Origin: Barthelona sp. PAP020
Taxonomy: Eukaryota
Direction of reading: 5' to 3'
Assembly (NCBI GenBank): GCA_040182905.1
Contig: JARQWU010000055.1
Span: forward strand, 1 to 46,963
DNA: 46,963 nucleotides
Shown: positions 29,392 through 39,663 of the stretch, piece by piece
Layout of the letters: every line of letters begins with the position of its first letter
Position numbering within the stretch: the stretch's first letter is position 1
Made by a program: the position numbers and the translations under genes
The notes under the pieces: model-generated
Told to the model about the DNA's origin: nothing
Database searches by the model: none
The model's input: only the letters and a program-made list of their open reading frames with translations

Positions 29392-30294
29392 TCACACAGA
29401 AACAAAAGGTGCTTTGCCAGCATCTCCAGTAACAATATAACTTGAAGAATGGGATCTAAACAACTCCAACTCAACATAATTCAACATCTCATCTGAAGAC
29501 AAACCTAATTTAGTTTTCAATCCTTCATAAGCAGTGGCAGTAGCATTATTAACAATTTCAATTGCTTGTGCTTGTGCAACAGCAGTAATATTACGAGCCT
29601 TTCTGTCAGCTTCAGATTCAATGACAGTAATATTTTTGTCAGCCTGAGCAACGATTGCTTCAGCAGATAAAATTATTTTCCTGGCTGATTGTTCAAAAGT
29701 AACCTTACGAACGTTTTGTGCCTGAATTTGAGTTTCAATAACCTGTGTTTCATATGCATCAGGTACATCAACATTTCTTAATTGGAAAAAAACAACTGTA
29801 ACAAACCCTTTAACGGCAAAATGTTCTTCCAATTTTGTTTTCATAACTTCTCCTATCTCAACACGTTTACCAAAGAAATCAGGTAAAGCGTATCCAGTAG
29901 TAACCTGAGCAAGTACTTTAGGAGCACTATTTTTGATAGTTTTGTGATAAGTATCCTTAAATTCTTTGTACATTGTCGTTAAATTTTCAGGAACGTACTT
30001 GTATTGAAAACTAGCGTCAATATATATTGCAGAACCTCCCTGAGCTTGAGCGATCTCATCGGTTAAATCAACAGTAACTAAAGTTGAAGGAAAAGGAACA
30101 AATGAGTGACCAAATCCCAATAAATATCTACCAGGATAATAAACTCCAGCATCATAATAAACATTATTCGTAATAGTATTATGGGAAAGTGCAATGTGTG
30201 CCAGAGGCAATAAAACAATGCATTGCATCAGAATAATAATAATTAAAACAATAGCAACAGCAAGAGATATTCCTATACAGCCTTTGCTTGCCAT
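29392..30294 (-). CDS. SPFH/Band 7 (prohibitin-like) domain protein, 300 aa
   Basis: N-terminal TM, YYPGRYLLG, IDASFQY, FFGKRVEIG, FQLRNVDVPDAYE and an Ala-rich coiled coil (AEAIVAQA, SEADRKA). The start is placed at MASK (30294), which follows a T-tract like other genes here, rather than at 30363. Confidence 0.85.
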   Translation of the reverse strand: MASKGCIGISLAVAIVLIIIILMQCIVLLPLAHIALSHNTITNNVYYDAGVYYPGRYLLGFGHSFVPFPSTLVTVDLTDEIAQAQGGSAIYIDASFQYKYVPENLTTMYKEFKDTYHKTIKNSAPKVLAQVTTGYALPDFFGKRVEIGEVMKTKLEEHFAVKGFVTVVFFQLRNVDVPDAYETQVIETQIQAQNVRKVTFEQSARKIILSAEAIVAQADKNITVIESEADRKARNITAVAQAQAIEIVNNATATAYEGLKTKLGLSSDEMLNYVELELFRSHSSSYIVTGDAGKAPFVSV

Positions 30295-30486
30295 AATAAA
30301 ATGAAAAAAAAAAGTGTTTGGATTTTTTTTTAACCTATTTTCCCACTTATCCAAATCTGTCATTTTTTTTTGAATGCTTCAACAAAAAGAATAAAAAATT
30401 TGAAACAATAAAATAATACCAATTTTGTTTTGTCAACAAGGTGAACTATTTATTTATTTCACTATTTTTTAACATTCAAAACAACA

Positions 30487-30553
30487 NNNNNNNNNNNNNN
30501 NNNNNNNNNNNNNNNNNNNNNNNNNNNNNNNNNNNNNNNNNNNNNNNNNNNNN
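30487..30553. other. Assembly gap (67 N)
   Basis: Run of N characters. Confidence 1.
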
Positions 30554-30584
30554 ATAAAAAAGCAGGCAAAATCTTGAATTATTT

Positions 30585-33500
30585 TTACTTTTCAATTGTA
30601 ACATCCAAAAAATGGTAGAAATCAAAAAACTCCAATTTTTCAAAAAGCTCAACCATTTCCAAAGTTTGTAAATCTCTTTGTTGTAAAGCATCTGTTGAAG
30701 GTTCTTCAGCTTGACTCAATCTATTAATCAATGTAGCAATTCTCTTGAAAGCTTGTTTATTCTTAACCATTGTATCTTGAACATGGAATGGTAATCCAAC
30801 TTGGGAATTTTTCAACATCACACTTAAATACAATATACTAGAAGCTTTAGGTGTTAAACCAGGAATAAATGGTCGATCATCAGGAGTAGCAAAATCTTTC
30901 ATAATTTTTTCAACAAAAGGAGTGACGAAATGATTCAAAAACATCTCTGAAGAAACATTTGCATAATTAATTTTGGGTTTTATAGGAGGAAGATTATCGG
31001 GTAGTTGAGGGATTTGAGGATGTTGAATAAATGAAGACCTACACATCTCATTTATAAAATAATATTTTTTTTCTTGATACAAAGCAAAAATATGTTTATT
31101 TCCTGGAAGTAATTGTTGTGTGTAATGATATGTTATCGGACAAAAACCAGCAAAGCCCAAATCCTCATTTTCAGAACATATGGGAATATAAGGGATATTC
31201 TTCAATGATGGATCGGTAATATGAGCATATTTTTCAGGATCTGCTATAAAGTAATCAATATTTTGTTCATTTACCTTGTAAATAACATCTTTATATAAAA
31301 TCTCAGAATAATGATCCTTTAACTCAATGAAATAACCGTTGAATAATCCAACAGGACAATAATTTTTACAAGGTCCATTACTAACCATAAAGGGTTTCTT
31401 TACAAAGGATGGTAGAACAAAGGCATGCAATTGTTTCTTATAATATCTATCTAAATGCCCCAAATAGCATAAATAATCATCTACAATACCATCTATAGCT
31501 ATTTGTCGTTGCCATTCGGTACTATTTGCGTTAATACAAACGATATCATCCCCATGTCTTTCAATAATCTCATCATGTGTCCTTAATATAAGGTTTGTAT
31601 CTAAAACAGTACCTTTAGTCAATGGTAAAATTGCAGCCAATAATTCTTCATCGTTATTTGAATGACATAAATCAATAACTAAATCAGTATCACAATCAAT
31701 ACCATCAACAACAACTCCTTGCATTCTACAACATGAAAACAAAGATAAACATTTCATAATTTGTTTAATAGTATTTTCTTTCAATCCGCTGTTCAATTCT
31801 TTGACAACACTGTTAGATATTGATAAATCGCTCGAAGATAAAATTAACTGTGTACAAATATCAGGTAAACGCAATGCATTCAACTTAAATTCTTCATGTA
31901 AATACTTAATTATGGGTTTGGTTTTGATTCCATATGGTGCTTTGAGTAAAATAGAAGGAGTAGTGAATTTAGGGCAAGTGACATCAAGATAAAGTAATGG
32001 ATCTTTCGAAAATTTCAAAAAGTTTTCATATGAAGCCAAAGCGACAACATATGAATCAACTGCACACAAGAATATCTCAAACCCAAATTGTCGTCCCAAA
32101 ATAATGTCAATAGGTGCTACATTTATCATAAGACTCTCTTCTTTATAACGAACAGGACAACACAATCCAAAACCACTGAAAGTGTATCTTCCAGTCATCA
32201 GCAAATTGCTACATTGTTTAGGATCAATACGAGTAACCATATGCCTTCTGCTCAAATGATAAATAGTAGATTGTCTACTTCCACCGATAACATGTCTTAT
32301 TAACACAGTTTTAGAACTTTTAGACAAATGATCCAGTACTTTAGAAACAAAATAACCTTTATTCAAAAGGTTTTCAACAACTTCACCAATTTCATCAGTT
32401 CGTACACCATGTTCTTCCCTAATTGCTTCAGCTTGAGCTTCAATTTCTTCCTGCAGCCTCTCTGAACGTTCCTCACGAGTTTCTTCTTCAACTGTATCAA
32501 GTTCTACAGGCTTAGATAATCTTTTAATCGCAATTTCTGGTGAAAAAGATATTGACCACACACGTTCTGGTCTTTTACCTTTCATTTCAAGTTGACGAAT
32601 GGTTTCCTCAACAAGAACTTTTGAACACCCAGATAAATCGCAAATGAATGATGTTAATAGGCGAGAAATTAAATCTTCAACAACAAATTGTTCGTGTTTT
32701 GTGAGACCATTTTCATTTAATTCTGGTTCTGCCTCTTCGGCATCGTTTTCTTCCTCTTCTTCATCACTTTCAACATCATCTCTCTTTTCTTCATCAATTT
32801 TCTTAACTTCCAATTTAATCTCAGGTAACACAATTGAAAAATCAGGTTTAAAGATAGAAACCGGTGCAGTAGAATGCGCAGCTTCAAATGATAGTGAAGA
32901 AATCAGTTCTGCTGTGTCATTCAATGCTCCAGAAGGTGAAATTATCAAATGTCGAGGTGCAGGAATATCCAACAATGAATTGTCAGAAGGGTTCTTTATG
33001 AATGCATTGGCATGCTCTTCACAACAAAAGAAATATCGACAACCAGCATAAGTAGCACAATGTTGAGCCAAACCTCGAGAAATTACATTTTTAGTCAAAC
33101 ATACAGGACAACAAATACCAAATTGTGAAAGATCAACAGTGTCACCAGTATTGATACCAAGTTCATCAAATCTAGGATATTGGGATTCTTCAAATAATGT
33201 TTTTTCATATTCTTTCCAAGTTATTAAGTCCTCTTGAACTGCTTCTTCTTCTTCTTCTTCTTGTTTTTCCTCTTCTTCCTCCTCCTCTTCTTCATCACCA
33301 GGACGTTTGTACAAGAATTTTGGATCTTCAAAACGAGGAACTGCAAATTCAGCGGGTTCAACTTCTGTGGGCTCAGGACGTAACCAAATAGGTAATAAGA
33401 TCTCAATTAAATCTTCAACAAGATCAAGCTTTGCTTCTTCAGCCATGTGTAAGTTAAATTTCTCTTCTTCTTTCACATCATCAGTAGCTTCACTTTCCAC

Positions 33501-35111
33501 ATTCATTTCAATATCATCTTTGTCTGATGTCGATTCTATCAATTCCTTTTCGTCTACATCTTCTTCTACAACTTCTTTTGATTCATCAACATCCAAATCT
33601 TTGATAGATTCCTTGACTAACGGTACCTGATTTATCAGATCCATTGTTTTTACATCAGCTCCCAATACATCTAACACTCTGCCCAATTTCAATGGAGTCA
33701 AACTACTGTGAATCAAATGAATAATGTTTGAAAAATGTTTGATATCTATTTTTTCAAAGAGATTCAATAACATATTTGCGTCAACATCACAATACACAAG
33801 AAGTCTGTCCTTCTTAAGCTCAACCTGCAAAATTTCAACAAGATATTCAATAATTAAGTCATCCCAATCAAATCCGGGATTCTCACGCATTTCTCTTAAC
33901 TTTTGCAAAATGACACTTCCAGGTGCTTCCATATCAATTTCGTCATCCTCTTGAATGCGTTTATACAATTGTTGTAAAGATACAAATGGGATATCCAAAA
34001 TTAACGGAATGTGCGCAACATGTTCAGTATTCAACAAATCAGGAATTCCTGGAACCAGACAAATTCGGTATTGCTTTGGTAAAACAGGTCTTTTCAAATA
34101 CTTGCTCGGATTTTTCATGAACAATTCTGCGGCTGCCTCATCAATACAATGATAAATATATCCTCTATACAAAACATTAACAATACCGATACTTACACGA
34201 TCTTCAGCCAATTCAACAGGACAGTAAGGACCAAATGTGGGTGAATCAACAATTGGCAAAAAATCTGTTTCATTTCCTTCATACAAGGTAGCTTTTGCAG
34301 CAAAAACAAATTTTGGTTGTTTTTGAATAATAATTACCAAAGCTTGTCTCAATACCTCCAAAGGATCAAAACGAGCATCAATAATGTGAAAATTAGGCGT
34401 GACAACATACTTCTTATTTTGTTTCCATGCATCCAACTGCTGAGTAAATTTAGTCGTATAAGCATCCCAACGTTGCAATTTAAATCTGGTTTCTTCGGGA
34501 ATTTCATCCGCATTCACATCTTTTTCATCCAATTCCACTTTGTCCGGATCAACTTCTTCTTCCTCAACTTCTTCTACTTCTTCATCTGCATTATCCTCGA
34601 CTTTATTACTCATATCCGGTTCAAAAAATTCATAATTTTCACTGACAAAGCTAACCTGACCCAATTTGGGCTCAAGTTTATTTAATGAATAAATATCAGG
34701 CAGGGTTTTTAAGTAAGGACAATAGAATACTCCTTCTTCATCCTCCTTTTCAATAAACCTATCAATTCTATACAATAACTCTTCATCACTGATATCTAAC
34801 AACAAATCATAAATGAATATATCACCCAAATGCTGATCTTTTTCTAAAAACGAACTCGCTGAACCACCATCAACAACAATGCGTGATTTATTTTCAATAA
34901 AATTTTGAATTAAATTGGGGTCATTTTCAATTTGCTCAAATGTATACAACTCAGCTCCCAAATAACTACATAAACTTTTGGCTAACGTTGTCTTTCCAAC
35001 CAATGGTTTTCCAATAATTCCAACAATTATACCAGATACATTATTCAATTCCTTAACACTAAAATTCTGTGGAAATAATAAACTCACATCAACAGATAAT
35101 GTATCAGTCAT
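30585..35111 (-). CDS. AK9: Adenylate kinase 9-like axonemal protein (multiple AK-like domains and YHS-like repeats)
   Basis: N-terminal P-loop GKPLVGKTT. Five (F/G)xxCP(V/I)...Y...F..(N/D/H)P repeats. Glu-rich linkers. C-terminal LPDNLPP...PFIPGLTPKASSILYLSVMLK resembles AK9. First ATG is at 35111. Confidence 0.8.
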   Translation of the reverse strand: MTDTLSVDVSLLFPQNFSVKELNNVSGIIVGIIGKPLVGKTTLAKSLCSYLGAELYTFEQIENDPNLIQNFIENKSRIVVDGGSASSFLEKDQHLGDIFIYDLLLDISDEELLYRIDRFIEKEDEEGVFYCPYLKTLPDIYSLNKLEPKLGQVSFVSENYEFFEPDMSNKVEDNADEEVEEVEEEEVDPDKVELDEKDVNADEIPEETRFKLQRWDAYTTKFTQQLDAWKQNKKYVVTPNFHIIDARFDPLEVLRQALVIIIQKQPKFVFAAKATLYEGNETDFLPIVDSPTFGPYCPVELAEDRVSIGIVNVLYRGYIYHCIDEAAAELFMKNPSKYLKRPVLPKQYRICLVPGIPDLLNTEHVAHIPLILDIPFVSLQQLYKRIQEDDEIDMEAPGSVILQKLREMRENPGFDWDDLIIEYLVEILQVELKKDRLLVYCDVDANMLLNLFEKIDIKHFSNIIHLIHSSLTPLKLGRVLDVLGADVKTMDLINQVPLVKESIKDLDVDESKEVVEEDVDEKELIESTSDKDDIEMNVESEATDDVKEEEKFNLHMAEEAKLDLVEDLIEILLPIWLRPEPTEVEPAEFAVPRFEDPKFLYKRPGDEEEEEEEEEKQEEEEEEAVQEDLITWKEYEKTLFEESQYPRFDELGINTGDTVDLSQFGICCPVCLTKNVISRGLAQHCATYAGCRYFFCCEEHANAFIKNPSDNSLLDIPAPRHLIISPSGALNDTAELISSLSFEAAHSTAPVSIFKPDFSIVLPEIKLEVKKIDEEKRDDVESDEEEEENDAEEAEPELNENGLTKHEQFVVEDLISRLLTSFICDLSGCSKVLVEETIRQLEMKGKRPERVWSISFSPEIAIKRLSKPVELDTVEEETREERSERLQEEIEAQAEAIREEHGVRTDEIGEVVENLLNKGYFVSKVLDHLSKSSKTVLIRHVIGGSRQSTIYHLSRRHMVTRIDPKQCSNLLMTGRYTFSGFGLCCPVRYKEESLMINVAPIDIILGRQFGFEIFLCAVDSYVVALASYENFLKFSKDPLLYLDVTCPKFTTPSILLKAPYGIKTKPIIKYLHEEFKLNALRLPDICTQLILSSSDLSISNSVVKELNSGLKENTIKQIMKCLSLFSCCRMQGVVVDGIDCDTDLVIDLCHSNNDEELLAAILPLTKGTVLDTNLILRTHDEIIERHGDDIVCINANSTEWQRQIAIDGIVDDYLCYLGHLDRYYKKQLHAFVLPSFVKKPFMVSNGPCKNYCPVGLFNGYFIELKDHYSEILYKDVIYKVNEQNIDYFIADPEKYAHITDPSLKNIPYIPICSENEDLGFAGFCPITYHYTQQLLPGNKHIFALYQEKKYYFINEMCRSSFIQHPQIPQLPDNLPPIKPKINYANVSSEMFLNHFVTPFVEKIMKDFATPDDRPFIPGLTPKASSILYLSVMLKNSQVGLPFHVQDTMVKNKQAFKRIATLINRLSQAEEPSTDALQQRDLQTLEMVELFEKLEFFDFYHFLDVTIEK

Positions 35112-35272
35112 CAAAAAAACACACTTTTAATTAATAAAAAAAGAATTTCAAGTGACGAAATTTATTCTTTTTCGATTTGAATTTAACTCATGTATATCGA
35201 CTTAAATCCTCTTTGAATTTAAAATGTGTTAAATATAAGTGTTTAAAAAATAGTTTCAAAAAAAAAGTTCGT

Positions 35273-37300
35273 TTAAAATGGTCTTGGTGATGTAAAACGA
35301 GGTGACAGGGAAAAAGGTGATGAAAGAAAGTCTGGAGTGTTATGATAAACCGAATTTTCGACGTATTCAAAAATGCTTTTGTTTTCTTGAAATTCAGGAG
35401 GTATTGGGCTTGGTTGATATCCTTCTAAGAGATTTTCGCCATTATAATTTGAAAATATTGTTGTTATGTTATCTTCTTTTGTTTCGATTGGATTTTCATC
35501 TGGAAATTGATTTATTTCATCTGGGAAAGTTATTGAATTCAATCCTAGTAGGTCTTTTATTTCAATTTGGGTTTTATTAATCCACTTTTCATCATTGAAT
35601 TTGTTGAAACCTTCATTTGATTCATAATAGACACATTGAAATGGTAAAAACGCATCTGGCAGCGGACCGACCTCAACATTATCAATTTTTCCCAATGTTG
35701 GACCATTTATAAGTTCAATATTTATCAATTTGCTCATAGATTTGGATAATGAAATATTCAAACAGGTTGAATGTTGTTCATCCTTCATTCGCGGGAATGA
35801 TGTTATTATACCACCTGGACAATGAGAAATATAGAAAACAAGGTATTTTCCTGAATCTTCATGATCAATTGAGGTAGGAAAGCACTTGTTTCCTATTCTG
35901 CGATATATAATTTCAAGCCCAGGTACAGTGAGGTCAATTATTTCGTGTCTTTCAACAAATACACGTTTTCCATTTGCTCGATGATCAGGTAATCCGCCAG
36001 GCAATTGAGGTTTCAATGGGATGACAAAAATTATAGGTTCCTCATCATTTTCCTTTGCGTTTATTTCATGCAATATTGCAAAAGTTGAAAAGACATTGCC
36101 GCATTCAATTTCAAAGTTAATATTGTCTTCTCCAATAACAATACTCGGTCGATATATGAACTCACCCTCTGCAGTTCTAATGTATGGGTTTCTAATGTAG
36201 CTGGTAAAGAGATTAGATTGAGTTAGAGGCACAACATATTCATCACAAAATGAATATAATGGCACACCAAAACCATTTACTAATTTCACCTTGTTTGTTA
36301 AGATGGTATTTTTCCAATATTCTGTGTCTTTTTTCATTTTTTGTTCTTCATATTCAACAAATGCTGAAAATTTGTTTTCTTTTTTTTCTTTCTTTTTCGT
36401 CGCTAAAGGAGGACCAGAGCTAAAAAAATCAATGGGATCCATATAGTTATCATATTCAGTATCTTCTTTTGGTTTTTGAATTGCTTCAATCCAATACAAC
36501 TTGTTGAATTCTTTGACAAACCTATTTGGAATACTAACGACAAATTTTCCCAGTTGTTCGTCAAACTGGGGAACTTGGTCAGGCATTTGAATAACACACA
36601 GTGGTTTATTTTCTTTGTCTGTTATTAGCAACCTTTCATTGTTCCATCTACATGATCCAAAAGATAATTTTTCGATTGATGAAGAACCTCTCCACAGATG
36701 TAAAACAATATCTTTCATCTTTCCTTTTTTTTTTTCTCTCCTTTCAGTGAAATCAAATAACGGTACATGAGTTATATCTAAGGGATGGAAAGGTTCGGTG
36801 ATCTTGTGTGTCTTCTTTTCAGAATTCAAATAAGCATTAATTAAAAGATAAAACAACGTTGATTGTGGTATTTGAATGTAATTGTTCAAGTCTTCAATAC
36901 ATTTATGAAGCTTCAACGGTTGAAGGTAAGGGGAATCAATCAGGTTTTGAAGAATGGAGAAAATTTCATCATCATCATCAGTTTCAAATATTTCTTTGCA
37001 GAATGGAAATACATCTTTTATTTGGAAAACATTCTGAAAAGAGTTTGCAGATATGTATAAAAACAAATATAAGAAGATTAATTCGTCTGATTGGAGAATA
37101 AAATTTGGTAAACTTGGTTGAACATGCAAAAATAATTTATTTTGAAAGTGAAATTCTATTTTATTCATATTAACTACACATGCAGGCTTTAAATCTTCGG
37201 GAATAGAGATTTCCATTTTTTCCCATGTATGTAAGTACACACAAATGTCTCCATAAAAGCACTCATTAGTCAAAATCAAGTTTTGACATATTCCACGCAT
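35273..37300 (-). CDS. Hypothetical protein, 675 aa (possible PH-like segment)
   Basis: Long uninterrupted ORF filling the space between AK9 and CTF18. No confident family assignment. Confidence 0.7.
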   Translation of the reverse strand: MRGICQNLILTNECFYGDICVYLHTWEKMEISIPEDLKPACVVNMNKIEFHFQNKLFLHVQPSLPNFILQSDELIFLYLFLYISANSFQNVFQIKDVFPFCKEIFETDDDDEIFSILQNLIDSPYLQPLKLHKCIEDLNNYIQIPQSTLFYLLINAYLNSEKKTHKITEPFHPLDITHVPLFDFTERREKKKGKMKDIVLHLWRGSSSIEKLSFGSCRWNNERLLITDKENKPLCVIQMPDQVPQFDEQLGKFVVSIPNRFVKEFNKLYWIEAIQKPKEDTEYDNYMDPIDFFSSGPPLATKKKEKKENKFSAFVEYEEQKMKKDTEYWKNTILTNKVKLVNGFGVPLYSFCDEYVVPLTQSNLFTSYIRNPYIRTAEGEFIYRPSIVIGEDNINFEIECGNVFSTFAILHEINAKENDEEPIIFVIPLKPQLPGGLPDHRANGKRVFVERHEIIDLTVPGLEIIYRRIGNKCFPTSIDHEDSGKYLVFYISHCPGGIITSFPRMKDEQHSTCLNISLSKSMSKLINIELINGPTLGKIDNVEVGPLPDAFLPFQCVYYESNEGFNKFNDEKWINKTQIEIKDLLGLNSITFPDEINQFPDENPIETKEDNITTIFSNYNGENLLEGYQPSPIPPEFQENKSIFEYVENSVYHNTPDFLSSPFSLSPRFTSPRPF

Positions 37301-37481
37301 GTGTTATCAACCTAAGAATGGTTAAACAGTTTGGTGTAAATTTTTATGAGGCTTTGAGAAGGTCAGCATTTTTCATGAAAACCACTTTCTCAAAAGTAAA
37401 AAAACAAAACAACATAAAAATATCCAAAATGGGGTCTCTAATACTGAAGAATAAACCAACAAATAATAAAAGAAAAGAACT

Positions 37482-39545
37482 TTATGAAAATAAATCTTGT
37501 GCCTTAATAATGCGACGAACAGTATTGGTTGTGCCTCTATGGTAAGTGAATGTAACTGGCCATAAAAGATTTTGAATTGAAGAAACATCATTTTCAACAT
37601 TTTTTGTCTTTTTTCCAGAAAACATAAAATTGTCAGCCTTGTTCCCCAATGATTCTTTGGCTTGTAAAATATTTTTTCTTCTCTTTTTTGAGGCTGTATT
37701 TGGGGTTGGAGATAATGGGGACATAGGATGATCAACATCACTGTCATTGTCATTGACTTCATTCACCCCATACTCATTTGCTTTCAATACAAGGATGGAA
37801 CGATTAAATTCTTGAACAATTCTTTGTATCAATAAGCTGTTAATCGTTTTTGGATTTTTGGTAAACAGAGCATTTTCAATTTTATTAGAAAAACCAATTG
37901 ACAATGGCTTATCTTTAAATTGAGGAATAACTTGAGGATTGATGTCCAGTTCGACAAAAGAATTGACCAATTGTTTCAATCTTTTAAAACACAATTGGAC
38001 GTTTTGTCCAAAAGAAAAGGGATAACCATTGGTTTGAACAAGTTGAAACAATTGACTATATATGCCAATATTTTGTTGATCTATGTTTGAAATAAATTCC
38101 ACAAAATTTTTATAAAAAATTGACAAATTCCCAAAAACATTCGTTAAATTGTTCTGAAACAATGCAGGAGATGTTGAACTAACTTTAAATCTGTTCATCT
38201 GCCCAAAATTAAAAGTTCTTTGATTCTTCAAAAAATCGTAACTTTTTTGGAAATTGAAATAAGGTTGATATTGATGATTTCTCAACATTGATGAAATTCT
38301 TTTTCCAACCAAATAAATGTATAAGCTTCTATTTTTATGGTTGAAAAAATCATATAAGTCCAACTCGGAATAAAGCTCAGTGATTTCTGAAATATTTCTA
38401 AATTGAGGATCAATCAAAGGAGCATTGAAAGCGTTATATGTTAAATTGTTTATTAGTTGATCCAATACCTTTGAATCTGCATTGGTTGAAAAATATTGAT
38501 AATTCTTGGACTTTTCTATGTTGAAAAAAACTCTTAACCAGTACATAGCATCTGTACTTTGATTCTTTGACGCAATAGAAAGACGCTTCAACACTTTTAA
38601 CGATAATTTAGGATTTTTTTTCAATTTAATAAATTGTAGGGTATTTAAACATGCTCTTATATCAGAATTTGTCATTTCAACCAGATGTCTCAAAACATTG
38701 CTGCGATAATCAATCTTTTCCTGGTCACAAATATACTTTAAACGATCATATACCTCATCGGCAGATGAGTAATTATCAAAATTAAAAACTGTACAATTCT
38801 TTCTCAAATTTGTTAGTACTGGAGCATATAAATTGTTACATATGCAACAAATAGGTCTGTTAATCTTCAACTTAATGATTTCCAAGATCATATCAACAGT
38901 ATCTGAATTAGCAAGACCATCAACTTCATCTAGCAAAATTAACGATGGTAGATCACCTTGAATTAATGTGTTAGATCTTACGCTGCTTAAAATGACCTTT
39001 TTCAATTGCTTAGGTGTACGACTGTCACTTGCATTGATTGAAATCAATGCATAACCACATTTCTTTGCAATAATATCGATCAAAGTTGTTTTTCCAACTC
39101 CAGGTGATCCTGCCAACAATAAAATTTTCTCTTCCTCCTGTAACTTTCCTTTATCATCATTATTATCATATCCATACTTACTTTTTAGTCTATCCTGCAG
39201 TTGAGAATACTTATTCGGAAACACAATTTGATCAAACCTTTTAATGGCCTCTAAAACCTTTAAATTTAATTCTCTAGGTGAAATTAAATCAATAAATCTT
39301 TGAGGCTTGTATTTATTTAATAACATATCAGTTTTTTCGAATTTTTCATATTTTAAATACTTGTTGGAGGTGTTTGAATGCAAGTTTTCAATAATTTCAT
39401 TTCTCAATTCACTAATGGTTTTATCTAACAATTTTGGAAACGTTTTCTCATACATATCATATCTTTCAAAATCAACTTCTCTTTTTTTGTCATCATTTTG
39501 ATTACCAAGCAATCTTAATCTATTCTTATTTGCATCTAAGTTCAT
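37482..39545 (-). CDS. CTF18: Chromosome transmission fidelity protein 18 (alternative RFC clamp-loader large subunit)
   Basis: KYKPQRFIDLIS, Walker A LLLAGSPGVGKTT, INASDSR, Walker B LILLDEVDG, RPICCICNNLYAP, SDIRACLNTLQF, and the C-terminal Ctf8/Dcc1-binding motif FTYHRGTTNTVRRIIKAQDL. Confidence 0.92.
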   Translation of the reverse strand: MNLDANKNRLRLLGNQNDDKKREVDFERYDMYEKTFPKLLDKTISELRNEIIENLHSNTSNKYLKYEKFEKTDMLLNKYKPQRFIDLISPRELNLKVLEAIKRFDQIVFPNKYSQLQDRLKSKYGYDNNDDKGKLQEEEKILLLAGSPGVGKTTLIDIIAKKCGYALISINASDSRTPKQLKKVILSSVRSNTLIQGDLPSLILLDEVDGLANSDTVDMILEIIKLKINRPICCICNNLYAPVLTNLRKNCTVFNFDNYSSADEVYDRLKYICDQEKIDYRSNVLRHLVEMTNSDIRACLNTLQFIKLKKNPKLSLKVLKRLSIASKNQSTDAMYWLRVFFNIEKSKNYQYFSTNADSKVLDQLINNLTYNAFNAPLIDPQFRNISEITELYSELDLYDFFNHKNRSLYIYLVGKRISSMLRNHQYQPYFNFQKSYDFLKNQRTFNFGQMNRFKVSSTSPALFQNNLTNVFGNLSIFYKNFVEFISNIDQQNIGIYSQLFQLVQTNGYPFSFGQNVQLCFKRLKQLVNSFVELDINPQVIPQFKDKPLSIGFSNKIENALFTKNPKTINSLLIQRIVQEFNRSILVLKANEYGVNEVNDNDSDVDHPMSPLSPTPNTASKKRRKNILQAKESLGNKADNFMFSGKKTKNVENDVSSIQNLLWPVTFTYHRGTTNTVRRIIKAQDLFS

Positions 39546-39663
39546 TTTTAGTCATCAACTCATTACGAATATGATTATTGATATGATAAAAAAAAATATT
39601 CTAACACACACAATACAAGTCTAAAAATCAAAAAAAACACAGATTTATCAATTACAAAACTCT

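Noticed and set aside
30476..30691. 71-aa ORF spanning the N run
   Set aside because: It is open only because of the assembly gap and overlaps the AK9 3' end out of frame.
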